Assembly (NCBI RefSeq): GCF_009914755.1
Contig: NC_060934.1
DNA from: the human T2T-CHM13v2.0 reference genome, Homo sapiens
Length of the DNA stretch: 64,000 bases
Direction: 5' to 3' (one strand)
A program made the translations under genes and the position numbers. Positions 30,096 to 41,689 of the stretch are shown in pieces (the stretch's first letter is position 1; each line of letters starts with the position of its first letter). The notes under the pieces were generated by a model. The model worked only from the letters and a program-made list of their open reading frames with translations. It was not told the DNA's origin and did no database searches.

Positions 30096-30194
30096 GCAAG
30101 GAAATCAGGCATACGGGTAAGGTGTTTTCACTTGATTGTAGTTTATTGTTTTCTTCTTATTTGAAGGAAGTTACAAAAATGGTAGAAGGCCAAA

Positions 30195-30450
30195 GGTACA
30201 CAGACTGTGCTGGCAGAACCCAGGATTCAGCCTAACTCTCTGACTCTCTGACTCTGTGACCTTGGAAAGTAATTTAATCTCTTAATTTCCACCTTATAAG
30301 TGGAAATTATAAGAGTTACTCTTATATAATAATAGGACCAACCTCTCGGGTTAAAGTGAGGATGACATGACAGACTGAATGTAATGCTCTCTGCACAGGT
30401 CCTAACTCTTAACAAGCGTTCATGAAATATTGTGAACATTATTATTAGCT
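30195..30450 (+). mobile_element. MIR
   Basis: ctgtgaccttggaaagtaatttaatctc...gttaaagtgaggatga. Confidence 0.65.
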
Positions 30451-33400
30451 CCTGCTAATATTACACCTTCCCAACTCTGCTGATCTCTGCTAATAGCAAA
30501 TCATTTCACCTTTTGGGCCTCAGATTGGCCTATGCAAAGTTAAGGCATCTTGCCTTTAGGACTACCTTGCTCTTAGGTCCCACACTCCTGCAATCTCAGT
30601 TTGGAAGGTGTCTTCTTGAATGGCCTCCTCCCTCAGCTCCCCTCCGGCTGTCTCTGTGCTGCTGGACTGAAAGTGTCTTGGGAGGGAAGCTCACAGTTGA
30701 CCCTTCCTGCTATTCCCTGGAACCTATTAGACTTTGACTAATAGGTCTCCATATTAAATTAGCATTTTTATATTGAATTTCCATTGCTCCTTGAGACAAG
30801 GCAAGCTTGATGGGTTCATGCAGAAGTAGAAGAGAAGATCCTAGACAAACAACAGCTGAGGATAATGTAGCATAAAACTCTCCAGAGAGCTTGGGATTGG
30901 TGCTGGCAGCTCAGGGTATAGTGGTTATCAGTGCACATGAAGCTCTAGGAAAGCTGACAGGAGGAATACAAAACAAGCATTGGACAAAGACATCAAGGGA
31001 AGAGTGGGGGTTGAATTGGGAAATCAATTTTAATGAAAGGGGAGTCTAACTTGGGAGATTAGGGTAGGTCTAGCGGTAAAGAGAGATTCACAAATATTTA
31101 TGAGTTATTTTTAGTCATTTATCCCTGAGGCAAAAGGAAGAAATGGAGCCTTCATTGATCTTTAAAACAAACTGGAATTGCAGTTTTAAGCATGAAACTC
31201 TTTAGTTACCAAGCATAGCGTGCTCTGGGGAGTGGTGCTTGTGATATTTTTCACCCTTCCCTTCTTTTTCACCTTCCACAGAGCTTCCATGACAAGCAAA
31301 GGCTTTGGAGAAAACACAGTACAGGGCTTTGCTCACTCAAATGCACTGTCCCCCCATTGTCAAGGCTCACATTTTAAATCATTCTGGCCACTCACTGTGG
31401 AACCCAGCAAAGAATCTTTGTCACGGAAAGGTCATGTGCAGTTATTAACACAGAGTGACAACTGTACTTCAGAAAACAATTGCCCTTTCCCATCGTCCCT
31501 GCCACCTCCACAGAAGTCCTTGCTGACAATCTCTTCATTTCTATTCATTGTCAGCGAAATATTTTAGCAATGCCTCATCATCCATCTTGGCTCTCCCAGA
31601 AGTGTGGCTAGGGGAATGCAGTACAGCTTGGGGACAAACAAGGAAAGAAAGAACATTTCATCTCTGGCTGGGTCAATTCAATGCCACTTCAGTGAATATT
31701 TTGCTTTTTTTTTTTTTTGTGGCTGGCAAGACTGAGGTGACTCTGAGCCAACAACCGTGGAATTTTAGAGCTAGAAAGAGTTCACCCACCCCTCAGAAGC
31801 CCTAGAGGACCCTAGAATTCTTTGACTCTGTGGCCAGCATTGTAGTCCATCCATCATCGTTTGATCTGCCTGAGGCCTCTGTCACTATAGGCAGCTCTTG
31901 GTTTCTGGTGACCTTGGGCCAAGTCAACCCACGTGCTGCCGTGATTTCTTGACACTTTGCATGCCATCACTGCTTGGTGTTCTCCACCTTCACGAGGGTC
32001 AGTTGCACCAATTTTGAATGGATAAATGAATGCATTTCTCTGGACTTGCAGAAATGGGCAAATGAGCAAAGCTGAGAGATTTTGTTTTACAGATGATATG
32101 GGAGTGACAGAATTAACCTCACCTGAACAATCTAAGAGAAAGGCAATAATGCAAAATTTTGCAGGCTTCTGTGATCATAAGGGTTATGTATCTGGATCTA
32201 GCTAAGCAGGAATTTCAAAAGCAGACTGACAAACTGTATTGACACTCTTCCTTCTAAATGTGTCAGTGTGTGTATGTGTGTTTGTGTTGGTGTTGGTGTA
32301 TGCACACATCTGTGGGAGCACACTCATGCTTCCAAAGCCTGTCATAGCTATGTATGTGGATGGATGAAGAAGACAACAAACAGCATGAGAAGGAACGACA
32401 CGTGGGCTGTTGGCACCCCACATTGTTTTGCTCAAGTACTCAAGGCAGGTAGTCACCATGAATTCCCAATTGTTGGTCTACATGCTGGTGTGTCTCTCTC
32501 TGTTTTCTTAGTCTGCTGCTACTGTAGACTGTTGTACCAGGATGGTCTTCTCCTAGCTGGATTTTGCTACAGAGCTCCTTCCCCAGAATGGTGATGCCTG
32601 TGGATGGAAGGGAAGCTGCTCTGGAGAGCATGTTGACTGAGAGAAGCTGTGACATGTGATGAAAAGATGAGCTCTCCAGGGAAATCTCCACAGCTTGGCA
32701 CTGGCTCTGTGATTAGTCTTGTCCTCATTGGGGGATGCACGGTGCTTTTTTCCAGCCTCTTGAAAGAAATAATATATGATCTGGATATTACTTTGCTATT
32801 GACATGCTGGCATTTCTGCTTTAACAATTTTAAAGAAACAAGTAAGAGTTTACAGTGCTGAATACTTAGTAATCCTGGAAGACAGCTGAGGGTGGCTTGC
32901 ATGAATGCGTATCACATTTTGTTCTGGGCTTCCTTAGGTCACTAGACATAACCCAAGTACCAAGTGGGGAAATGTGCACCCAACCTATGCTTAGAAAATA
33001 ATTGCTGATGATGTGGATTTTCAATAGATGGGGTTACAAATTTTAAAATTCCTAAAATCCTTCCTCTCCAATTTCCTCCTAAAGATTAGGACTTTTTTAT
33101 TTCTTTGGTTTGTATTCATTGGTTCAGCGTCAAGGATCATAATTTAAGCTGAGTTTTCTCTAGATCTGTACAATCATAATTCTTGCAAAAAGTGGGTTTG
33201 CCTCTAATGTATCCATTTGAGATTAGACACAGACACCACAGACAAAGTAAATAGTTTTTAAGCCACAGTTTGGAGATGGCTTCAGTTCTCACCTCTAATA
33301 ATGTGCTCTTTCTTTAAATGAGTCTGTACTCCTTCAGGTCACGTGACATCAATTAGTTTTTTTAAAAATTACCTATAAGGGGGAGAGGAGATGATCAATG

Positions 33401-33496
33401 GAAAAGAAAAACACTAAATCGAAGTAGAATAGAAAATTTACAGTTAGTTTCGAAGGAAGATTTTCTTTTTTACAGCATTTTAGGTACGATGAGATC

Positions 33497-33760
33497 TTTT
33501 TTTACATACTTTAAGTTCTGAGGTACATGTGCAGCATGTGGAGGTTTGTTACATAGATATACATGTGCCATGGTGGTTTGCTGCACCCATTAACCCGTCA
33601 TCTACATTAGGTATTCCTCCTCTAGCCCCCCACCCCATGACAGGCCCTGGTCTGTGATATTCCCTTCCCTGTGTCCATGTGTTCTCATTGTTCAACTCCC
33701 ACTTATGAGTGAGAATATGTGGTGTTTGGTTTTCTTTTCTTGTGTTAGTTTGCTGAGAAT
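33497..33760 (-). mobile_element. Short 5'-truncated L1PA 3' end
   Basis: tactttaagttctgaggtacatgtgcag...ccacttatgagtgagaa; TSD atgagatc at 33489-33496 and 33759-33766. Confidence 0.93.
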
Positions 33761-34232
33761 GAGATCATCTGATTCTTTTAAAAACACTTGTCCATATAGA
33801 TTCTTGCTTCCTGCACACTAATGATTATTTGTTTGCTTTTTAAAGACAGAAATACTGTGACAAAAGAAAACCTAACAAGAAGAACCACATAAGATAGAAA
33901 ACATGGAGTAAGCCAAAAGTATAATCCATGGTACATGTGGCATAGTTGTTTTTGTGGGGCTCAGTTTGAAGTGATATAAAATTGATGTTTCAAGGGAAAA
34001 GCATTCTCAAATTCCTAGCGTGTACCCTCTCATAGGACAGGGGTGTTTGGGGTAGCACAGTGGAGAAAGGAATCGGATGCTCACAGGGGATGCCCATGTG
34101 TATGTGATTTAACTTTCCGGGAGAAAGATGCAGGACAAGCTTGAGCTGATAAATTTGCATCAAGGCTGAGACACTGTATGGGAAAGGAGAAAATGAGAAG
34201 ATGAAAAAATACTCTGTTCACACACACACACA

Positions 34233-36023
34233 TTTTTCATTTTTTTCTTCAACTTTTATTTTAAGTTCTGGGGTACATGTGCAGGATGTACAGGTTTGTT
34301 ACACAGTTAAACGTATGCCTTGGTGGTTTCCTGCACAGATCAACCCATCACCTAGATATCATGGTATTAATACCAAGGTGCTAAGGTATTAAGCCCAACC
34401 TATATTAGCTATTCTCCTTGATGCTCTCCTTCCCCCCAACCCCCAAAAGGCCCCAATGTGTGTTGTTTCTCCCCATGTATCTATGTATTCTCATTGTTCA
34501 GCTCGCACTTATAAGTGAGAACATGTGGTGTTTGTTTTCTGTTCCTGTGTTAGTTTGCTGAGGATAACAGCTTCCAGCTCCATCCATGTCCCTGCAAAAG
34601 ACATGATCTCATTCCGTTTTATGGCTGCATAGTATTCCATGGTGTATATGTACCAGATTTTCCTTATCCACTCTATCATTGATGGGAATTTGGGTTGATT
34701 TCATGTCTTTGCTATTTTGAATAGTGCTGCAATGAACATACACGTGTGTGTATCTTTATAACAGAATGATTTATATTCCTTTGGCTATATACTCAGTAAT
34801 GGGATTGCTGGGTCAAATGGTATTTCTGGTTCTAGAGCCTTGAGGAATCACCACACTGTCTTCCACAGTGGTTGAACTAACTTACACGCCCACCAACAGT
34901 GTAAAAGTATTCCTTTTTCTCCACAACCTCACCAGCATCTGTTGTTTCTTGACTTTTTAATAGTCATTCTGACTGGCATGAGATATCTCATTGTGGTTTT
35001 GATTTGCATTTCTTTAATGATCAGTGATATTAAGCTTTTTTTCATATGTTTGTTGGCTGCATAAATGTCCTTTTGAGAAGCGTCTGTTCATGTCCTTTGT
35101 CCACTTTTTAATGGGGTTTTTTTCTTGTAAATTAATTTAAGTTCCTTGTAGACTCTGGGTATTAGACCTTTGTCAGACAGAAAGATTGCTAAAATTTTCT
35201 CCCGTACTGTAGGCTGTCTGTTCCCTGTGATGTTAATTTCTTTTGCTGTGCAGAAGCTCTTTAATTTAACTAGATGTCATTTGTCAATTTTTGCTTTTGT
35301 TGCAATCACTTTTGGTGTTTTTGTCATGAAATCTTTGCCTGTGTCTATGTCCTAAATAGTATTGCCTAGATCTTTTTCTAAGGTTTTTACAGTTTGGGGT
35401 TTTACATTTAAGTCTTTAATCCATCTTGAGTCAAATTTTGTATAAGGTATAAAGAAAGGGTCCAGTTTCAATTTTCTGCATATGGCTAGCCAGTTATCCC
35501 AGCACCATTTATTAAATTGGGAATCTTTCCCCATTAGCTGTTTTTGTCATGTTTGTTGAAGATCAGGTGGTTGTAGGTGTGCAGTCTTATTTCTAAATTC
35601 TCTATTCTGTTCCCTTGGTCTATGTGTCTGTTTTCATACCAGTACCATTCTGTTTTGGTTACTATAGACTTGTAGTGTACTTTGAAGTTGGGTAGCGTGA
35701 TGCCTCCAGCTTTGTTCTTTTTTGCTTAGGATTGTCTTGGCTATTTGGGCTCTTTTTTGGTTCCACATGAATTTTTAATAGTTTTTTCTAGTTCTTTGAA
35801 GAATGTCAATGGTAGTTTAATAGGGATAGCATTAAATCTATAAGTTGCTTTGGGCAGTATGGCTATTTTCACTGTATTGATTCTTCGTATCCACGAGCAT
35901 GGAATGTTTTTTCATTTGTTTATGTCTTCTCTGATTTCCTTGAGCAGTGATTTGTAGTTCTTCCTGAAGAAGTTCTTTGCTTCCCTTCTTAGCTATATTC
36001 CTAGGTAATTTATTCTCTTTGTA
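34233..36023 (-). mobile_element. 5'-truncated older L1PA (about L1PA10-13): 3'UTR and ORF2 C-terminus
   Basis: aacttttattttaagttctggggtacatgtgcagga; ORF-track hit [20 protein letters not shown]. Confidence 0.93.
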
Positions 36024-36049
36024 GAGCGCACACATACTCATATGCACAC

Positions 36050-36387
36050 TGTTATGGGCTGGAATTTTGGTCCCCAGTACCTCAGAAAGTGACTATATTT
36101 GGAGATAGGGCATTTGAGAGGTAATTAAGGTTAAATGAAGTCACTAGGGTGGGGCCTAATTCATTATGGCTAGTTTCTTTATAAGAAGAGATTAAGACAC
36201 AGATGCAAACAGAGGAAAGACCCTATGATGACATAGGGAGCAGATGGCCATCTACAAGCCAAGGAGAAGCTTTAGAAGAAACAACCCTGCTGATCTTGAT
36301 CTCAGACTTCTAGCTTCCAAAAATATGAAAAAAAATTCTTCATTTAAGCTACCCAGCCTGTGGTATTTGTTATGGCAATCCTAGCAA

Positions 36388-36395
<8 letters not shown>
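36050..36395 (+). mobile_element. MaLR LTR (MLT1B-like)
   Basis: tgttatgggctg...cccagtacctcagaaagtgact...gccatctacaagccaaggaga. Confidence 0.85.

Positions 36396-36426
<31 letters not shown>
36392..36426. repeat. (CA)n microsatellite
   Basis: Directly visible. Confidence 0.95.
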
Positions 36427-36428
<2 letters not shown>

Positions 36429-36749
36429 TATTTTAAACAAAATTAACTCAGAGTATGAAGTTTTGCAATTAACTTTTGCTTTTCATATTTTTATTACTAT
36501 GAAAATTTCACACATTTAGAAAAGTAGAAAATAATATAATGAACACGTATGTACCTACTATCTATATGATAAGATATAGCAAATCTGAATGTTTTGCTAT
36601 TTTTGCTTTAAGCTTTTTTTTTTTTTTTTTAAAAAAGGAATAAAATACTACAGGTACATCTGAAACCCCTTCAGTACCTAACCTGAATCCTAGTCTCCCT
36701 TATTCCCTCCCTGGAGATTACACTATCAGTATGATTTGTCTGATATCTG

Positions 36750-37144
36750 TACGAATCTCAGCCCCCACCCCATGAAACCAAAAGATTGAGGCATGGCCAG
36801 AATGCAAATGCTGGAATACTTTTGAAAGAGAGGGGTCCATTGTCTAGGAATGTCCGGTAATAAGACCCCTTTCCATGCCTTACCACAAATTGTCTTGTTT
36901 GAGGTCCTTCCAATCAAAGCCTGTCCTATCAATGCTTCCACATACCAACCTGCCCTCCCTAACCCATAAAATTTGCCCAAACCTCAAATCAGGAAGACAG
37001 ATTTGAACATTGCCTCCTGTCTCCTTAACAGTGGACCTCATAATAAAGCCTTTGTTTTCTATAAAACAAACAATCAAAACAAAACAGTGCCATAGTTTTG
37101 GCTTCTATGCACATTGGGAAGCACCCCATTGCTTGGTGGTAACA
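36750..37144 (+). mobile_element. ERV1 LTR fragment (MER34/MER39-like)
   Basis: gacagatttgaacattgcctcctgtctcc...aataaagcc...ending ggtaaca. Confidence 0.55.
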
Positions 37145-37867
37145 TTATCATGTCATGAAAATTCGATGCTTCCTTCCAGAAAAGTATTTTAGACACTGGT
37201 CTATTTTGGCATTTGAACTACATTTACAGCAAGCATTCTTGATGATTTTATTTGTTATCTGTTTTCTAGAATTAATGGGAGTTCTTTCCCTCACACATAT
37301 TGAAGGAAACTGCATTTAATGGATACATAAATTTAGAGAAAAAGAAAAATTTAGGGATATTGAAACTTTTCACCAATATGCATGTTACATCTCTCTACTT
37401 ATTTAGATATTTTTTAAGTTTACTACTAAAACTTATTTATCTATGATGTTCTAAGACTTCTATTGTGGTGAGAAATTATATTTTTTAAATTACATTTTTA
37501 ATTGGTTATTTCTAGCATATAGAAATATTACAAATTTTGTATGTTGGTCTTCTATCTAGTAATCTTATTGTTTCTAATACTTTGCAGATTCTCTTGGATT
37601 TCTTAATATAGAATATAACATTCTTGCAAAAGAGTTTGTTTCCTTTCTTTCCAACATTTGTAGTTTTTCTTCTTCTTCTTCTCTTACTCCATTGGTGAGG
37701 AGCTCTAATAAAATGTTAAATAGAAGCAGTAATAGCTGAAATGTTCATTGTGCATCAAACTTTAAAGGTTTTAAAGGTTTCTAAAGTTTCACCACTAGGT
37801 ATGCTGTTTTCAGTCAGTTTTTGAGAAATAATATTTTATCAAGTTAAGGAAGGGTTCCTTCATTTTG

Positions 37868-38174
37868 TTTTTCATTTTATTTTATTTTATTTTAGAGACA
37901 GTGTCTTTGCCCAGGCTAGAGTGCAGTGGTATGATTATGGCTCACTACAACCTTGAACTCCTGGGCTCAAGGGATTCTCCCACCTCAGCCTGGTGAGGAG
38001 CTGGGACTACAGGTACATGACAACATGCCCAGCTATTTTTTTTTTTTTTTTATTTTTTGTACAGACAAGGTCACACTGTGTTGCTTAGGCTAGTCTACAA
38101 CTCTTGTCCTCAAGTGATCTCCCATCTCAGCTTCCCAAAGTGTGGGATTACAGGCCTGAGCCACTGAGCCAAAC
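37868..38174 (-). mobile_element. AluJ
   Basis: ccttgaactcctgggctcaag; TSD tccttcattttg at 37856-37867 and 38175-38186. Confidence 0.93.
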
Positions 38175-40489
38175 TCCTTCATTTTGCAAAGATCTCTGAT
38201 AAGATCTTTACCTTTTGTAAATTCCATAATGAGAGTTACATTGCATTAAATTCCTTTTCTGTTTATTAAAATGATCATATTTCCTTCTCTTTACTCTTTT
38301 AGTCTCATGGCTTATATAAGTGGATTTTCTGATATTAAATCATCCTTGCTTGGTTTAATACACATATAGAATAAATATATATTAATAAACATTTTAATAT
38401 TTAACACCTTTATAAACATTATTTAATAAATATATTAAAATATATATTAATTATGTAATCCATAAATATAACATTTATTTAATGTATTTCATAGTAATAC
38501 AATGTTACCATATTACCATATGTGAAATGCATAGTTTTGTTTCATAATAAACTATGCTTGCATAGTTTTCATAAGTAAATAAGCATATAAACCATATACA
38601 GCTACATATATATTTTCTTTATAAATATACATTCATACTATTTCATTTGCTACTTTATATTATATGTACTTAATACAGTGCTGACATATAATTAATCATA
38701 TTATATATAGGATTCTTGAATCTATATTTACAGGTGAAAGTGATCTCTAATTTTATTTACTTGTCAGAGTATATTGTCAAAGTTGCGCTAATTTAAGAGA
38801 GTGAGCTGGACTGTGTTCCATCTTCTATTCTCTGAAACAATTTATATCATATATATTTCTTGAAGCATAACAAACTTTCCTATAAAATTATTTTGTTGTT
38901 GTTTGGAAAAGAGATACTTTTAAAATTGATTTTTAATGGTTATTGTTTATCCAAATCTTCAAGTTGTTTTCTAAGCAATCAGTAATGTTCTCAAACATTG
39001 TCCACTTCATCTAATTTTCCAAATTTATCATAATTATTCATAGCATTTTAAACAATTTTTTATTTGTAGTGTCTATACATTAGCCTTCTTTTCCATTACC
39101 AGTATTGTTTATTTTATTTCTGTCTCCCTGATCTATATAATATAGGATAAAAATCTATTTTATTGATCTTTTTTCCCTTAAAAAGCTTTTCAGTTTGTTA
39201 TGTGCATTGTCATTCTTTTATTTTTTCACTTGTTTTTTGTTTGTTTGTTTTCATTTTCTGCTTCTAGCTTTATTTTGCCCTTCATTTAACTTACTTCAAT
39301 GTACACCTTTATTTTGTTTTGTCTTTCCTTACATCGTTATAGGAATAACTCTTTTATTTTCAGTTATCTTTTTATTATAAATATCTTTATAAAAGATAAA
39401 TTGGACATAAGTTTACCTTGAGGAATACATTAGCTGCATCTTAGAAGCTTTTACAATATTGCCATTGTAATTCTGTTCTACTTGTGTATATATTTTATTG
39501 TAGCTTTTCCTTTAATCCAAGTGTTAAAGGCCTGATTGCTTATTTCCAAATTTATATTTGTTCTTTACTGTCTTTTATATTTATTTCTAGTTTTATTTTA
39601 CTGTTGTTAGAAAAGTTAGTCTACTTAATATATTAGTAAATCATTTTTAAGTCTTTTGGGTTTGCTTTTGTGTGTTTTAAGTTCTCTTAGATCAAACTGA
39701 GAGCTTGAAAGGAGGTGGTTAGGTAAATAAATGTGTTAATGGGTAGTTAAAAGCATGATAATTAATTTCTATGTTCAGGAAATAATATAAAAATAACTTT
39801 AGAATTGTATTTCCATTCCTAAAATGTTAACAAATACACTTAATTATGATTTTTCAATAGCACATTATTTTCAGTAAGGAAAGAGGGACTGACAGAGGCA
39901 GGGAACAAGGTAAACAAGACAAAAGAAAGAAATATAGGAAAAAGAAAGGCAAAATAAGATGGCAGAAAAGTCCTAACACCTCAGTAGTCAAAATAAGTAG
40001 GGACAGATTAAATGTACTTATTAAAAACAGGTACTATCTAACTGAATGGAGCGGGGACCTAATCCAGTTATAAGTTAATGACACAAAAAGATGCAGAAAA
40101 GTTAAATATAACAATTTTGGGGAAAAAATGCAAATATTACCAGAAGGAAACTAGTGTGACATTGTCAATATTAATGACATATAACTTGACACAAAAATTA
40201 CAGATAGAAATATAAAGGACTGCAGATAAAAGCAGAATTTTATCAAGAATGTATAAAAATCATGAACTTATATGTATCCAACTACAACAACACACACACA
40301 ATCATAGGGATAGATTTTACACACTTTTCTCAGAAATAATCAAATTATTGCTTTTTAAGCCAAAGTTCTTCCAGGCTCCTGTGTGCACCCGTTCCCAAAC
40401 CTACCTCTACTTTACCCCTTTTCATTAAAGACCAGTGTCTGGGGCTTGACTGAGGACAAAGAGATGCAGGAGGGAAGACAGGTCTCTGT

Positions 40490-40976
40490 GGGACAGGCAG
40501 AATAATGCCCTCTCCTACCACGTTTCTAATCCCAGGACTCTGCAAATATGTTATATTATACAGCAAAAGGAAATCAAGGCAGCAGACGGGATAAGGGATG
40601 GTAATAAACTCACGTTATGATAGAATTTATCCTTGAAGTAGGATTAATGTAGAAAAGAGGGAAATCAAAGGTTGGGAAGGGAGCGTTAAAGCGATAAGAT
40701 GCAATAAGAACTTGACCCCGACTGCTGGCTTTGAAAATGGAGGAAGGAGCCACAAGCCAAGAATACAGGCAGCCTCTAGAAGCTGGGAAAGGCAGGGAAA
40801 TTGATTTTCCCTAGAGCCTCCAGAAACAAACACAGCCCTGCTGATGCCTTGATTTTGACCCACTGAGACCCATTTCGAACTTCTGACCTCCAGAACAGCA
40901 AGATAACAAATTTATGATGTTTTAAGCTATTAAATTTGTGGTAATTTGTTACAGCAGGAATGGGAAAGTAATACAC
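40490..40976 (+). mobile_element. MaLR LTR (MLT1D-like)
   Basis: tgtgggacaggcagaataatg...ggagccacaagccaagaat...ccctagagcctccaga...taataca. Confidence 0.85.
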
Positions 40977-41689
40977 TATGTATGTAAATGTTACATAATC
41001 GCCAAGATGCTCCTGCACACCGAATCAGGCTGTAGACAAGCCTCTATGCCAGGACTAGATCCCCGCAGGGAACATGGACAGGTGTTCTGCCCTTCTCTGA
41101 CATATCAGGAAGTAAGTTGTCTATCTCTGAAGATTCTATTTATAAAAGTGACCCTTTCAGATCCAGAAAATGAGCTCAAGGGCTAACCACCCTAATGTGT
41201 CTTCAGCAACAGGGGCTGGGGGAAGAGGCCCGGACTCAGGGCATTAGAGGTTGTCTCCATGAACTATTGTCACATCGGGTCTCCATCTGTCACTGTCTTA
41301 ACTTTTTTAAGGGCTTGTAGTTGAGACATAGGCAGGCTTGCGTGTAATTGACAACACTCAGGGCCCATGTGCATATGAGGTTCCAAATAAATTAAAACCT
41401 AATTATGTACGTTAACAAAAGGAAAAAAAAAGAAAATATTGCTTTTTAAAGGAAACAAAAAATGTAAGGTACCATAGACATCTTCTTATGTCATTTAGAT
41501 CTTCAATTTTATTTTTAATGTCTTTGTAGTTTTTATCTTGAATAGATGTATATAAAATTAAATGACAAAACAGGTGGGCATTTAGCATGTTTTCAATGTT
41601 TTGCCTTTGCAAAGAGCACCACAATATACATATTGTGCTATTTTTTAAATTTAAAACAAGAGTTTCAAATAAAAATTAGTTATTTCCTA

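Larger units (their letters stand above)
36480..39660 (-). mobile_element. Fragmented ancient L1M (antisense)
   Basis: Scattered motifs: gattctcttggatt, aatgttaaatagaagcagt, ttttctgatattaaatcatccttgc, ttagctgcatcttagaag. Confidence 0.6.

Noticed and set aside
31220-32902. Cluster of 80-115 aa ORFs in unique sequence
   Set aside because: No recognisable domains or consistent exon structure; lengths expected by chance; the region may be regulatory but I cannot support that
27260-36023. Inverted homology between the L1 pieces at 27.3-27.9 kb and 35.35-36.0 kb
   Set aside because: Many differences by eye, consistent with independent insertions of related subfamilies rather than one inverted element
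38360-38710. Extremely AT-rich stretch (also 44620-44760)
   Set aside because: Low-complexity decay within old L1 sequence; no defined unit
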